Notes: generated from the letters alone by a model not told the origin. Shown: positions 1-10,000, counted from the stretch's first letter. The stretch is DNA of 64,000 nucleotides from an uncultured Alphaproteobacteria bacterium (GCA_902512325.1 CABXIT010000003.1:4416-68415), one strand, 5' to 3'. A program made the numbers and translations.

Positions 1-1
1 A

Positions 2-1255
2 GAACAAACAGGTATAGATGCAAATTTGATACGTGAAGTTGCACATCTTTATGCAAAAACTAGTAAGGGAATTATTTTTTGGGGTATGGGTGTATCACAA
101 CATGTTCATGGTACTGATAATGCAAGATGTTTGATTTCATTAGCTTTGATGACTGGTAATGTTGGCAGAATGGGATCAGGCCTTCATCCTTTGAGAGGTC
201 AAAATAATGTTCAAGGTGCTTCTGATGCTGGTTTAATTCCAATGATGTATCCAGATTATCAGCTAGTTGAAAAAGATGATAAAAAAGATTTTTTTGAAAA
301 ATTTTGGAATACACCTCTTGATGACAAAAAAGGATTAACTGTTGTAGAGATTATGGATGCGATTCACGAAAACATAATAAAAGGCATGTACATACTTGGA
401 GAAAATCCAGCAATGTCAGACCCAGATTTGAATCACGCAAGAGAAGCTCTTCAAATGCTAGAGCATTTAGTTGTTCAAGATATTTTTTTAACGGAAACTG
501 CAACTTATGCAGATGTAATTTTTCCTGCTTCAGCATGGCCTGAAAAAAATGGAACTGCTACAAATACTAATCGACAAGTTCAAATGGGTCGCAAGGCTAT
601 TGATGCACCTGGTGCTGCAAAAGAAGATTGGTGGATTACAAATGAATTAGGAAAAAGAATGGGCCTGGATTGGAAGTATGAACACCCCAGTGAAATTTAT
701 GAAGAGATGTCTAAAACCATGCCTTCATTAAATAATATTACTTGGGATAGATTAGAAAATGAAAACTCAGTAACTTATCCTAGTAGATCACCAACTACTC
801 CAGGTGAGGAAATAGTATTTGGAGATAAATTTCCAAATGAATCTGGAAGAGGTAAATTTGTTCCAGCAAGTGTTACATCTCCAAATGAAGTTCCGGATGA
901 AGAATTTGAAATGATCCTTACTACTGGAAGGCAGCTTGAGCATTGGCATACAGGAGCTATGACAAGAAAAGCTTCTAATTTAGATGCAATTGAACCTGAA
1001 GCAACAGTATCAATATCTCCAAATGAAATTTTAAAGAAAGATATGAAACCAGGAGATAAGATTAAAGTATCAACTAGACGAGGAACGGTTAACATAAGAG
1101 TAAGAGAAGATAGATCCATTCCTGAAGGCGTGATTTTTATCCCCTTTTGTTACAATGAGGCTGCTGCAAACCTTCTAACTAATCCAGCCTTAGATCCTTA
1201 TGGAAAAATTCCTGAATTTAAATATTGCGCTGCGAAAATAGAAAAGATAAATTAG
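2..1255 (+). CDS. Formate dehydrogenase alpha subunit (molybdopterin oxidoreductase), C-terminal ~417 aa; 5' end lies upstream of the window
   Basis: Frame 2 is open from the window edge, with no stop before nt 26. C-terminal molybdopterin-dinucleotide-binding hallmarks are present (LTTGRQLEHWHTGAMTRK, IPFCYNEAAANLLTNPALDP, PEFKYCAAKIEKI), typical of FdsA/FdhF-type enzymes. Confidence 0.85.
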   Translation, partial: EQTGIDANLIREVAHLYAKTSKGIIFWGMGVSQHVHGTDNARCLISLALMTGNVGRMGSGLHPLRGQNNVQGASDAGLIPMMYPDYQLVEKDDKKDFFEKFWNTPLDDKKGLTVVEIMDAIHENIIKGMYILGENPAMSDPDLNHAREALQMLEHLVVQDIFLTETATYADVIFPASAWPEKNGTATNTNRQVQMGRKAIDAPGAAKEDWWITNELGKRMGLDWKYEHPSEIYEEMSKTMPSLNNITWDRLENENSVTYPSRSPTTPGEEIVFGDKFPNESGRGKFVPASVTSPNEVPDEEFEMILTTGRQLEHWHTGAMTRKASNLDAIEPEATVSISPNEILKKDMKPGDKIKVSTRRGTVNIRVREDRSIPEGVIFIPFCYNEAAANLLTNPALDPYGKIPEFKYCAAKIEKIN

Positions 1256-1259
1256 AGGT

Positions 1260-1379
1260 ATGAGAAAATTAATATTAATATTTTTTTTACTTACTGCACC
1301 TTTAACGGCTTGCTCAACTCTTACTGAAATTAATGAAAAAGCTAAAGGTGACGGCGTCCCTTATATTCCTGGTATTTAA
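1260..1379 (+). CDS. Small putative lipoprotein (39 aa), below the length cut-off of the supplied ORF track
   Basis: ATG lies 4 nt after the fdh stop. MRKLILIFFLLTAPLTAC gives a basic n-region, a hydrophobic core and the lipobox L-T-A-C, followed by a short polar tail. Stop TAA is at 1377-1379. Confidence 0.45.
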   Translation: MRKLILIFFLLTAPLTACSTLTEINEKAKGDGVPYIPGI

Positions 1380-1431
1380 GATATAAATTACTTGTCGAAT
1401 TTTTAATTTAATTGTAAATGGCTCTCTAAGT

Positions 1432-1507
<76 letters not shown>

Positions 1508-1521
1508 TTTAAAAAATAAAA

Positions 1522-2286
1522 TTAAGATTTAAAAAATTCGTAAAGAGCAATTGTAGCAGCGTTTGATACGTTTAAGCTGTCAATTTGATAATGTTTATTT
1601 TCTTGCATCTTTAGTTTAATAATTTCGTCACATTCTTTTTTTACTAGGTCTCTCATTCCCTTCCCTTCAGAACCAAAAACTAATACTGATTTTTTTGTAA
1701 AATTTATATTGGAAGACTCATTGTCTTTAGAAGAATCAAATCCATAAGCCCAATAACCATATTTTTTTAATTCAGAAATGCTTCTCTTTAAATTTGTAAC
1801 TCTAAAGTAATTTACAATTTCTGCTGCACCTGATGCAGCTTTATATAATGAAGGCGTGAGATCTGGAGCATTATCTTTTGCTACTATTATTCCTTTGCAA
1901 TTAAATAAAGCACATGAGCGCATTATTGATCCTATATTTTGAGGGTCAGTTATCTGGTCCAAGGCCATTAATACTGATTTAGCATTTGCATTTTCATTTT
2001 TGAGAAATTGTTGAAGATTTGGTCTTTCAAAATCATTAGTTTTAAGAACAATTCCTTGAGTAGATTTTTCGCCCCCATAAAGTTTTTTAAATTCTTTTTG
2101 ATCTAGAATAGTAATTTTTTTAATTATTGATTTATAATTATTAGCAATTTCATGATTATTTTCATTAATGTGAAGCTCTTGATGAACTCTCTTAGTATTT
2201 AATAGAGCAGCTCTAACAGCATGCATCCCATATATTATCTGTATTTTCCCAGTATTTAGGGATTTCTGGAAGTTATTTTTTGGCAT
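1522..2286 (-). CDS. rlmB: TrmH/SpoU-family RNA 2'-O-methyltransferase (23S rRNA Gm2251 methyltransferase RlmB-like)
   Basis: 254 aa. SpoU motifs DPQNIGSIMRSCALF, VFGSEGKGMR and SLNVSNAATIALYEF, plus an N-terminal substrate-binding domain. Confidence 0.8.
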   Translation of the reverse strand: MPKNNFQKSLNTGKIQIIYGMHAVRAALLNTKRVHQELHINENNHEIANNYKSIIKKITILDQKEFKKLYGGEKSTQGIVLKTNDFERPNLQQFLKNENANAKSVLMALDQITDPQNIGSIMRSCALFNCKGIIVAKDNAPDLTPSLYKAASGAAEIVNYFRVTNLKRSISELKKYGYWAYGFDSSKDNESSNINFTKKSVLVFGSEGKGMRDLVKKECDEIIKLKMQENKHYQIDSLNVSNAATIALYEFFKS

Positions 2287-2413
2287 TTTTGTTTATCACA
2301 GATTTGTCTATTAAATACAATCTAGATATATACAAATTCTGATTTTTTGTCTAAAAGGGGCGCGCTTTTAAGAACTTTCGTATCTTAGAGGGTGGAAGGT
2401 AAGTTGTTTTAGA

Positions 2414-2443
2414 TTGACAATCATACTAATTAATTAGTATGTG
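2414..2443 (+). promoter_or_regulatory. Candidate sigma70-type promoter of the tRNA-Tyr/tRNA-Gly/tuf operon, overlapped by a perfect 20-bp palindrome
   Basis: TTGACA (2414-2419), 17-nt spacer, then GTATGT/TATGTG (2437-2443), about 18 nt upstream of the tRNA-Tyr 5' end. The palindrome CATACTAATTAATTAGTATG spans 2422-2441. Confidence 0.5.
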
Positions 2444-2460
2444 CCATTTTCTTCAAATTT

Positions 2461-2546
2461 GGAGGGGTGGTCGAGTGGTTAAAGGCAGCGGACTGTAAAT
2501 CCGCCCGCGTGAGCGTACGTAGGTTCGAATCCTACCCCCTCCACCA
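2461..2546 (+). tRNA. tRNA-Tyr (anticodon GUA)
   Basis: 86 nt. Acceptor GGAGGGG/CCCCTCC, anticodon loop CT-GTA-AA, long variable arm, T arm GTAGG-TTCGAAT-CCTAC, encoded CCA. Confidence 0.95.
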
Positions 2547-2596
2547 TATTTGGAGAGTAGGAATAAAGGCGATGAGTGAGTGAGTCGGTTTCAAAA

Positions 2597-2670
2597 GCGG
2601 GTGTAGCTTAGTGGTAAAGCTCCAGCCTTCCAAGCTGGCTACGAGGGTTCGATTCCCTTCACCCGCTCCA
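2597..2670 (+). tRNA. tRNA-Gly (anticodon UCC)
   Basis: 74 nt. Acceptor GCGGGTG/CACCCGC, anticodon stem CCAGC/GCTGG with loop CT-TCC-AA, T loop TTCGATT, encoded CCA. Confidence 0.95.
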
Positions 2671-2701
2671 AAACGAAAATTTAATACTGGGGTAAAATAA
2701 A

Positions 2702-3892
2702 ATGGCTAAAGCAAAATTTGAAAGAAATAAACCGCATTGTAATATCGGTACTGTTGGACACGTTGATCACGGAAAAACTACATTAACTGCTGCAATTACT
2801 AAAGTGTTAGCAGAATCAGGAGGAGCAGAATTTACTGACTATGCAAATATAGATAAAGCTCCTGAAGAGAGAGAACGTGGAATTACAATTTCTACAGCTC
2901 ATGTAGAGTATGAAACTGAAGCAAGACATTATGCACACGTTGATTGTCCTGGTCACGCGGATTATGTAAAAAATATGATTACAGGCGCTGCTCAAATGGA
3001 TGGTGGAATTCTTGTTGTTAATGCAGCTGATGGACCTATGCCCCAAACAAGAGAGCATATCCTTTTAGCAAGACAGGTAGGAGTACCTGCACTTGTTGTT
3101 TACATGAACAAAGTTGATCAAGTTGATGATAAAGAATTAATAGATTTAGTTGAAATGGAAATTAGAGAACTTCTAACCTCTTATGAATTCCCTGGTGATA
3201 CTATCCCAATCATTAAGGGTTCTGCATTAGCAGCGTTAGAAGGAAGAGATGATGAAATTGGAAAAAATTCGATTATCGAATTAATGAAAGCTGTTGATGA
3301 GTCTATTCCTCAACCTTCTAGACCAATTGATCAGCCATTTTTGATGCCAGTTGAGGATGTATTTTCTATTTCAGGAAGAGGAACAGTTGTGACTGGTCGT
3401 ATTGAACAAGGCCAAGTTAAGGTTGGTGAAGAAATAGAGATCTTAGGAATAAGAGAAGCACAAAAAACCACATGTACTGGTGTAGAAATGTTTAGAAAAC
3501 TTTTAGACTCAGGTGAAGCAGGTGATAACGTTGGTGTTTTACTTAGAGGAACTAAAAGAGAAGAGGTTGAAAGAGGTCAAGTTTTAGCTAAGCCTGGATC
3601 TATTAAACCTCATACTAAGTTTAAAGCTGAAGCTTATGTTCTTAAAAAAGAAGAAGGTGGAAGACACACGCCTTTCTTTTCAAACTATAGACCTCAGTTT
3701 TATTTTAGAACAACAGATGTAACAGGTACAATTAAACTTCCTGAAGGAACTGAAATGGTTATGCCTGGAGATAACATCGCAATGGAAGTTACTTTGCTTT
3801 CCCCTATTGCTATGGACAAAGGTCTAAAATTTGCAATAAGAGAGGGCGGTAGAACCGTTGGTGCTGGAGTTGTAGCTGAAATTATTGAATAG
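2702..3892 (+). CDS. tuf: Elongation factor Tu
   Basis: 396 aa. [17 protein letters not shown] and NKVD GTPase motifs, with EF-Tu sequence conserved over the full length. Confidence 0.99.
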   Translation: MAKAKFERNKPHCNIGTVGHVDHGKTTLTAAITKVLAESGGAEFTDYANIDKAPEERERGITISTAHVEYETEARHYAHVDCPGHADYVKNMITGAAQMDGGILVVNAADGPMPQTREHILLARQVGVPALVVYMNKVDQVDDKELIDLVEMEIRELLTSYEFPGDTIPIIKGSALAALEGRDDEIGKNSIIELMKAVDESIPQPSRPIDQPFLMPVEDVFSISGRGTVVTGRIEQGQVKVGEEIEILGIREAQKTTCTGVEMFRKLLDSGEAGDNVGVLLRGTKREEVERGQVLAKPGSIKPHTKFKAEAYVLKKEEGGRHTPFFSNYRPQFYFRTTDVTGTIKLPEGTEMVMPGDNIAMEVTLLSPIAMDKGLKFAIREGGRTVGAGVVAEIIE

Positions 3893-3934
3893 GTATTTGA
3901 GACCTCTCTATTAGTTTTAGCTATATTTAAAAAT

Positions 3935-4010
3935 AGGAGTGTAGCTCAACTGGTAGAGCACCGGTCTCCAAAACCGGGGGCTGCGGGTTCAAGTCCTGCC
4001 ACTCCTGCCA
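3935..4010 (+). tRNA. tRNA-Trp (anticodon CCA)
   Basis: 76 nt. Acceptor AGGAGTG/CACTCCT, anticodon stem CCGGT/ACCGG with loop CT-CCA-AA, T loop TTCAAGT, encoded CCA. Confidence 0.95.
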
Positions 4011-4029
4011 ATAATTATTTGAAAAAAAT

Positions 4030-4239
4030 ATGGAAAATAAAAAAACATCACCTGCACTCTTTGTTAGGCAAGTTAGACAAGAATTACAAAAAGTTACATG
4101 GCCTTCTAGAAGAGACACATTTATTTCTTCTTTAATAGTCATTTTGTTAATTTTTTTATTCTCACTATTTTTTCTTTTAAGTGATCAGATTTGGTCTTTT
4201 TCAATAAAAAAAATTATAGAGATAGGCTCAGGTTTATAA
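4030..4239 (+). CDS. secE: Preprotein translocase subunit SecE (single-TM form)
   Basis: 69 aa. Conserved ELQKVTWPSRRD motif followed by one TM helix. It occupies the canonical position between tRNA-Trp and nusG. Confidence 0.9.
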   Translation: MENKKTSPALFVRQVRQELQKVTWPSRRDTFISSLIVILLIFLFSLFFLLSDQIWSFSIKKIIEIGSGL

Positions 4240-4240
4240 A

Positions 4241-4774
4241 ATGATAAAATGTAGATGGTATGTTCTTCATGCTTACTCAGGCTATGAAAAAAAAGTTGCT
4301 GATAGCATTTTAGATCAAGCAAATAAACTTGGTATATCTGATCATATTGAAGAGGTTTCTGTTCCGACTCAAAATATTGTAGAGGTAAAAAGAGGTGTTA
4401 GAATAAATACCGAAAGAAAAATATTTCCAGGCTATATTCTTATTAAAATGAATCTTAATGATGACACATGGCACATAATTAAAAACACACCTAAATTATC
4501 TGGGTTTTTAGGAAACAAAGGACAGCCAGTTCCAATAAGTAATGCTGAAGCTAAAAGAATATCAGAGCAAGTAATAGATGGAGTTGAAAAGTCTAGACCA
4601 GCTGTAATGTATGATGTTGGTGAACAAGTGAAGGTAATTGATGGTCCTTTTGCTTCTTTTAATGGTGAAATAGAGCAAATTGATGAAGAAAAAGCTAGAT
4701 TAAGAGTGGCAGTTTCTATATTTGGCAGGTCAACACCTGTAGATTTAGAGTATTCACAAGTTGAAAAGGCATAA
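4241..4774 (+). CDS. nusG: Transcription termination/antitermination factor NusG
   Basis: 177 aa. NGN domain (WYVLHAYSGYEKKV) and a C-terminal KOW domain (GEQVKVIDGPFASFNGEI). Confidence 0.95.
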   Translation: MIKCRWYVLHAYSGYEKKVADSILDQANKLGISDHIEEVSVPTQNIVEVKRGVRINTERKIFPGYILIKMNLNDDTWHIIKNTPKLSGFLGNKGQPVPISNAEAKRISEQVIDGVEKSRPAVMYDVGEQVKVIDGPFASFNGEIEQIDEEKARLRVAVSIFGRSTPVDLEYSQVEKA

Positions 4775-4793
4775 ATAAAAATTAGGAGTTAAT

Positions 4794-5222
4794 ATGGCAA
4801 AAGAGGTACTTGGATTAATTAAACTTCAAATTCCTGCAGGCGGTGCAAATCCTTCTCCTCCAGTAGGTCCTGCTTTAGGTCAAAGAGGTTTAAATATAAT
4901 GGATTTTTGTAAAGCTTTTAATGACAAAACTAAGGATGTGGAAAAAGGTGCCCCTGTTCCAGTTATCATAACTGCTTATAAAGACAGGTCTTTTGATTTT
5001 ATTACTAAACTACCTCCGGTAAGTTACTATTTAAAAAAAGCAGCTAAAATTAAAAAAGGTAATTCAACCCCAGGCCGTTCACTTGTTGGAAAAGTTTCAG
5101 TTGCTGATATAGAAAAGATTGCTAAAGATAAAATGCAAGATTTAAATGCAGTTAATTTAGAAGGTGCAGTTAATATGGTTAAAGGCTCTGCAGTTTCAAT
5201 GGGTATGGAGATTTTAAAATAG
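4794..5222 (+). CDS. rplK: 50S ribosomal protein L11
   Basis: 142 aa. [34 protein letters not shown] is the L11 signature. Confidence 0.98.
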   Translation: MAKEVLGLIKLQIPAGGANPSPPVGPALGQRGLNIMDFCKAFNDKTKDVEKGAPVPVIITAYKDRSFDFITKLPPVSYYLKKAAKIKKGNSTPGRSLVGKVSVADIEKIAKDKMQDLNAVNLEGAVNMVKGSAVSMGMEILK

Positions 5223-5223
5223 C

Positions 5224-5913
5224 ATGAAGAAAACAAAAAATAATAAGAAATTATTAGAGGCAATTGATGTTTCTAAAATATATGAGCCAATTGAAGCTAT
5301 TAAAATTTTAAAAGATAATAAATATACTAAATTTAATGAAACTCTTGAAGTTGCTATTAACTTAGGAATTGATCCAAATAAAACTGATCAAGGTATCAGA
5401 GGTGTTACTAGTCTCCCTAAAGGAACAGGTAAATCTATTAATGTAGCCGTTATTACAAAAGGTGACAAACAAGCTGAAGCTAAAGAAGCTGGTGCAGATT
5501 TAGTTGGTGACAATGATTTGATTGATTCTATCTCATCAGGTAAGATTTTGTTTGATTTACTTATTGCTTCTCCAGATATGATGCCTTCTGTTGGGAAGGT
5601 TGCAAAAATATTAGGCCCAAAGGGTTTAATGCCAAATCCAAAACTTGGAACTGTAACACAAGATATTGCTACTGCAGTTAAAAATGTAAAAGCAGGACAA
5701 GTACAATTTAAGAATGATAAAGGTGGGATTGTTCATGCTGGTATTGGAAAAATTAATTTTGAAGACAATGATCTATTAGAAAACTTAAAGTTTTTTTTCT
5801 CTTCAATCAATAAGAGTAAACCTGAGAGTGTAAAAGGATCATTTATAAAAAAAGTTACCATAGCTTCAACTATGGGAGTTGGATTAGAAATTAACTTAGC
5901 CAGTCTTCGTTAG
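5224..5913 (+). CDS. rplA: 50S ribosomal protein L1
   Basis: 229 aa. L1 motifs are present (LGPKGLMPNPKLGTVT) and it follows rplK by 1 nt. Confidence 0.97.
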   Translation: MKKTKNNKKLLEAIDVSKIYEPIEAIKILKDNKYTKFNETLEVAINLGIDPNKTDQGIRGVTSLPKGTGKSINVAVITKGDKQAEAKEAGADLVGDNDLIDSISSGKILFDLLIASPDMMPSVGKVAKILGPKGLMPNPKLGTVTQDIATAVKNVKAGQVQFKNDKGGIVHAGIGKINFEDNDLLENLKFFFSSINKSKPESVKGSFIKKVTIASTMGVGLEINLASLR

Positions 5914-6100
5914 CTAGTTCAACGGATAGTTTCTTATAGAAGCTATCACCTGTCAAAGACTGCAGGGGCGTAAGCTTAATAACCTGCACAGACTGAAGCG
6001 AGTCCATTGATTAGCTTCTTGGCAGGCTTGTCTTATGTTTGATTAGCAAACTTAAGGCAGCTAATTTTAGGTGAATACCTAATAATAAACCGAGGTAAAA
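5914..6100 (+). promoter_or_regulatory. Probable ribosomal protein L10 leader (autoregulatory structured 5' UTR of rplJL)
   Basis: 187-nt spacer, by far the longest in the ribosomal gene block and visibly more GC-rich than its surroundings. It contains complementary segments (TGCAGG/CCTGCA; GATTAGC x2 versus GCTAATT). Its position upstream of rplJ matches the known L10(L12)4-binding leader. Confidence 0.5.
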
Positions 6101-6622
6101 GTGAACCGTTCTGAAAAAAAAGATTTTGTACAAAAACTTAAAGAAGAATTAAGTTCTTCTTCTTCAGTTATTGTTGCTCATTATTCTGGGATTACTGTTG
6201 ATGAAACAGAGCAGTTAAGAAAAGAGATGAGAAATAATGGTGCAAAATTTAAGGTAACTAAGAACAGACTCACTAAGCTAGCTTTGGAAGATACTCAGTT
6301 TAATAGTATAACTGATCTATTTACAGGACCTACTGCAATAGCATATTCAGAAGATCCTGTAGCCCCAGCTAAAGTTGCAGTTAGTTTTGAGAAGCAAATC
6401 GAAAACTTTAAAATTATTGGTGGTAGTTATGATGGTGAGAAAATAGATAATAATAAAATTAATTTTCTTGCAACATTACCATCAATGGATGAATTAAGAG
6501 GTAAGATTTTAGGGCTTATATCAGCTCCAGCTCAAAAAATTGCATCAGTAGTTAAGGAACCTGCCGGAAAAATGGCAAGAATGATGAGTGCACAAAGTAA
6601 AAAACTTGAAGAGTCTAACTAG
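6101..6622 (+). CDS. rplJ: 50S ribosomal protein L10
   Basis: 173 aa. GTG start preceded by GAGG (6092-6095). L10 sequence (VIVAHYSGITVDETEQLRKEMR). Confidence 0.96.
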   Translation: MNRSEKKDFVQKLKEELSSSSSVIVAHYSGITVDETEQLRKEMRNNGAKFKVTKNRLTKLALEDTQFNSITDLFTGPTAIAYSEDPVAPAKVAVSFEKQIENFKIIGGSYDGEKIDNNKINFLATLPSMDELRGKILGLISAPAQKIASVVKEPAGKMARMMSAQSKKLEESN

Positions 6623-6640
6623 GTTTAAAAGGAGATAAAA

Positions 6641-7018
6641 ATGGCTGATTTAAATAAGATAGTTGATGATTTATCATCACTAACAGTTCTAGAAGCAGCA
6701 GAATTAAGCAAAATGCTTGAAGAAAAATGGGGTGTTTCAGCGGCAGCACCTGTTGCAGTGGCATCTGCCCCAGGAACAGGTGGAGGAGAGGCAGCAGTAG
6801 AAGAAAAATCTGAATTTGATGTTGTTCTTGCTGAAGCTGGTTCAAACAAAATTGCAGTAATAAAAGAAGTTAGAACTATTACTGCTCTAGGTCTTAAAGA
6901 GGCAAAAGATTTAGTTGAAGGAGCCCCTAAACCATTAAAGCAGGGTGTTGCTAAGGCTGAAGCAGAAGAGATGAAAAAAGCTTTAGAAGCAGCGGGAGCT
7001 AAAGTAGAGCTAAAATAA
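6641..7018 (+). CDS. rplL: 50S ribosomal protein L7/L12
   Basis: 125 aa. Ala-rich hinge and a conserved C-terminal domain ([23 protein letters not shown]). Confidence 0.98.
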   Translation: MADLNKIVDDLSSLTVLEAAELSKMLEEKWGVSAAAPVAVASAPGTGGGEAAVEEKSEFDVVLAEAGSNKIAVIKEVRTITALGLKEAKDLVEGAPKPLKQGVAKAEAEEMKKALEAAGAKVELK

Positions 7019-7025
7019 TTTTAAT

Positions 7026-7062
7026 AAGACCTCCATACTTGGGGGTCTTAATTAACTTTTTT
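7026..7062 (+). terminator. rplL-rpoB intergenic hairpin (attenuator-type partial terminator)
   Basis: 9-bp stem AAGACCTCC / GGGGGTCTT (7026-7034 / 7041-7049), 6-nt loop, with a T6 run at 7057-7062. An attenuator is known at this position in E. coli rplJL-rpoBC. Confidence 0.55.
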
Positions 7063-7077
7063 AAAAAGGGTATATGC

Positions 7078-10000
7078 ATGAGTTTAGACTATATTAATTC
7101 AAAAAAAATTAGAAAATCTTTTGGAAAAATTCCACTAGTGTCATCACTACCAAACTTAGTTGAGGTTCAAAAAAGATCTTATGATAATTTTTTACAATTA
7201 ACAGTTGATCCTGATAAAAAGGAAGATACTGGTCTTCATGCTATCTTTAAGTCTGTATTTCCAATTAATGATTATACGGAAAGAGCAACTGTTGATTATG
7301 TAAGTTTTGATATCGGTATTCCAAAGTACGATGTCGATGAATGTTCACAAAGAGGCATGACATATGGAGCGCCTTTGTTAGTAAATTTTAGATTGATTAT
7401 TTGGGATATTGATGAAATTGCAGGCACAAAATCTGTAAGGGACATCAAAGAGCAGGAAGTTTTTATGGGAGATATTCCTCTTATGACCAAAGATGCAACT
7501 TTTGTAGTTAATGGTACTGAGAGAGTTGTTGTTAGTCAAATGCATCGATCCCCAGGTGTTTTTTTTGATCATGATTATGGTAAGACTCATACAAGTGGGA
7601 AGTATTTATATAATTCAAGAATAATCCCATATAGAGGATCATGGTTAGATTTTGAGCATGATGCTAAAAACAATATTCATGCAAGAATAGATAGAAAGAG
7701 AAAATTTCCTGTAACAACATTGCTTAAATGTTTACTAGGCTCAAGATCTGAGAGTTATATTAGTGAATGTGAAGAAAAGAAAATTGACCCAGATCCAAAA
7801 AAAATACTTGGTATGAGTGGTGAAGAAATTCTTTCAACTTTTTATAAAAGCATTCAATATAAAAAAGATAAATTTGGATGGAAATATAAAATTGATCTAT
7901 CTTTTTATAAAGGCAAAATATTAAACTATGATTTAATAGATCAAAAAAATGGTAAAATTCTTATTTCAAAAGGCACAAAAGTTAATCTAAAAAATATTAG
8001 AGAATTAGATTCTAAAGTAGGAAAAAATCTTTGTATAGAGAGCAATTCTATGCTTGGAATGTACATAGCATCAGATCTTATAGATGAAAAATCTGGTAAA
8101 ATTTTTTATGAGGCAGGTTATGAAATTGATCAAGAATTCCTAGATTTTATTGAAAGTAGTAAAATAAATAAAATTGATATTTTAAAAATTGATAATATTG
8201 AAATAGGATCATATATTAGAAGTTCACTTCAGCTTGATAAAGCCAGATCGAGGGAAGAGGCTTTATTTGAAGTATTTAAAATTCTAAGACCAGGTGAACC
8301 ACCTACAATTGAGACTGCAGAACTTCTATTTAATAACTTATTTTTTAATAAAGACAGATATGATTTATCTTCAGTAGGAAGATTAAAGATTAATTCTAAA
8401 TTTAAGAAAAATACTGAAATTACAAAAAGAGTTTTAGATAAAACAGACATAATTGATGTAGTTAAACACATGCATGACCTTATTGATGGAAAAGGTGAAG
8501 TTGACGATATTGATCATCTTGCAAACAGGAGGGTAAGGTCAGTTGGTGAGCTTCTAGAAAACCAATATCGTGTTGGTTTATTAAAAATGGATAGAGCAAT
8601 AAAAGAAAGATTAAGTTCACTTGAGGTTGATAATATAATGCCACAGGACATTATTAATTCGAAGCCAGTAGCTGCTTCAATTAAAGAGTTTTTTGGTACT
8701 AGTCAGTTAAGTCAATTTATGGATCAAACTAATCCCTTAAGTGAAATAACCCACAAAAGAAGAGTTTCTGCTTTAGGTCCGGGTGGTTTAAATAGAGAAA
8801 GAGCTGGTTTTGAGGTTCGTGATGTTCATCAAACTCATTACGGAAGGATATGTCCAATAGAAACTCCTGAAGGTGCTAATATTGGTTTGATTAACAGTCT
8901 TGCATCTTATTCTAGAATCAATCATTATGGTTTTATTGAAACTCCTTATAGGATCGTAAATAACGGTAAGGTCACAGATAAAGTAATATATTTGAGTGCT
9001 ATCAATGAGGAAGATTTTGTAATAGCACAAGCAAATTCAGAAGTTGATAATAAGGGAATTTTTTTAAATGAAGTAATTAGCTGTAGGAAGAATGGAGAAT
9101 TTATTAATGCCCAAGTTAATGCAATTGATTTAATGGATGTTTCTCCTCAGCAACTAGTCTCTGTTGCTTCATCATTAATACCTTTTTTAGAAAATGATGA
9201 TGCAAATAGAGCTTTAATGGGATCAAATATGATGAGACAAGCTGTTCCACTCATAAAGCCAAAAGCACCTTTAGTTGGTACAGGAATGGAATTTACAGTT
9301 GCAAAAGATAGCGGCTCAACTGTTGTTGCCAAACGTGAGGGTGTAGTTGATCAACTTGATGCAAATAGAATAGTCATTAGAGTAACTGATAAGAAAGACG
9401 ATTCTCTAAATAAAATAGATATTTATAACTTATTAAAATTTCAAAGATCTAATCAAAATACATGTATTAATCAAAGGCCTTTGGTAAGTGTTGGGGACAA
9501 AGTTTTTAAAAACCAAGTTATTGCGGATGGCCCAGCAACTGAATTAGGTGAATTAGCTCTTGGTAGAAACGTCTTAGTAGCATTTATGCCATGGAATGGT
9601 TATAATTTTGAAGACTCGATTTTAATTTCTGAAAAAGTAGTTCAAGATGATGTCTTTACCTCAATTCATGTTGAAGAGTTTGAAGTTATGGCCAGGGACA
9701 CCAAACTAGGTCCAGAGGATATTACTAGGGATATACCGAATGCTGGTGAAGAAATGTTAATTAATCTTGATGAAACTGGAATAGTCTATATCGGAGCTGA
9801 AGTATCATCAGGGGATATACTTGTTGGCAAAGTTACACCTAAGGGTGAATCTCCAATGACTCCTGAAGAAAAGCTTTTGAGAGCTATATTTGGTGAAAAA
9901 GCTGCTGATGTTAAGGATACTAGTCTTCGTGTACCTCCAGGAGTAAAGGGTACTGTTGTTGAAATTAGAGTTTTTTCAAGAAGAGGGATTGAAAAAGACG

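Noticed and set aside
775-1119. 114-aa minus-strand ORF inside the formate dehydrogenase gene
   Set aside because: It is entirely antisense to a well-conserved CDS and has low-complexity Ser/Leu-rich composition, so it is an antisense-frame artefact.
2574-2585. (GAGT)x3 tetranucleotide repeat in the tRNA-Tyr/tRNA-Gly spacer
   Set aside because: It has only three units inside a processed spacer, too short to call a functional repeat or phase-variation tract.
3927-4142. 71-aa minus-strand ORF
   Set aside because: It overlaps the tRNA-Trp gene and secE on the opposite strand, so it is spurious.
6615-6849. Two overlapping minus-strand ORFs (74 and 76 aa) antisense to rplL
   Set aside because: They are generated by the Ala-rich (GCN-rich) hinge of L7/L12, which lacks stop codons on the opposite strand. 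There are no coding features.
7039-7077. TTG-initiated N-terminal extension of rpoB given in the ORF track ([13 protein letters not shown]...)
   Set aside because: The TTG lies in the loop of the rplL-rpoB hairpin, and the extension is not RpoB-like. The ATG at 7078 gives the conserved N-terminus [16 protein letters not shown].
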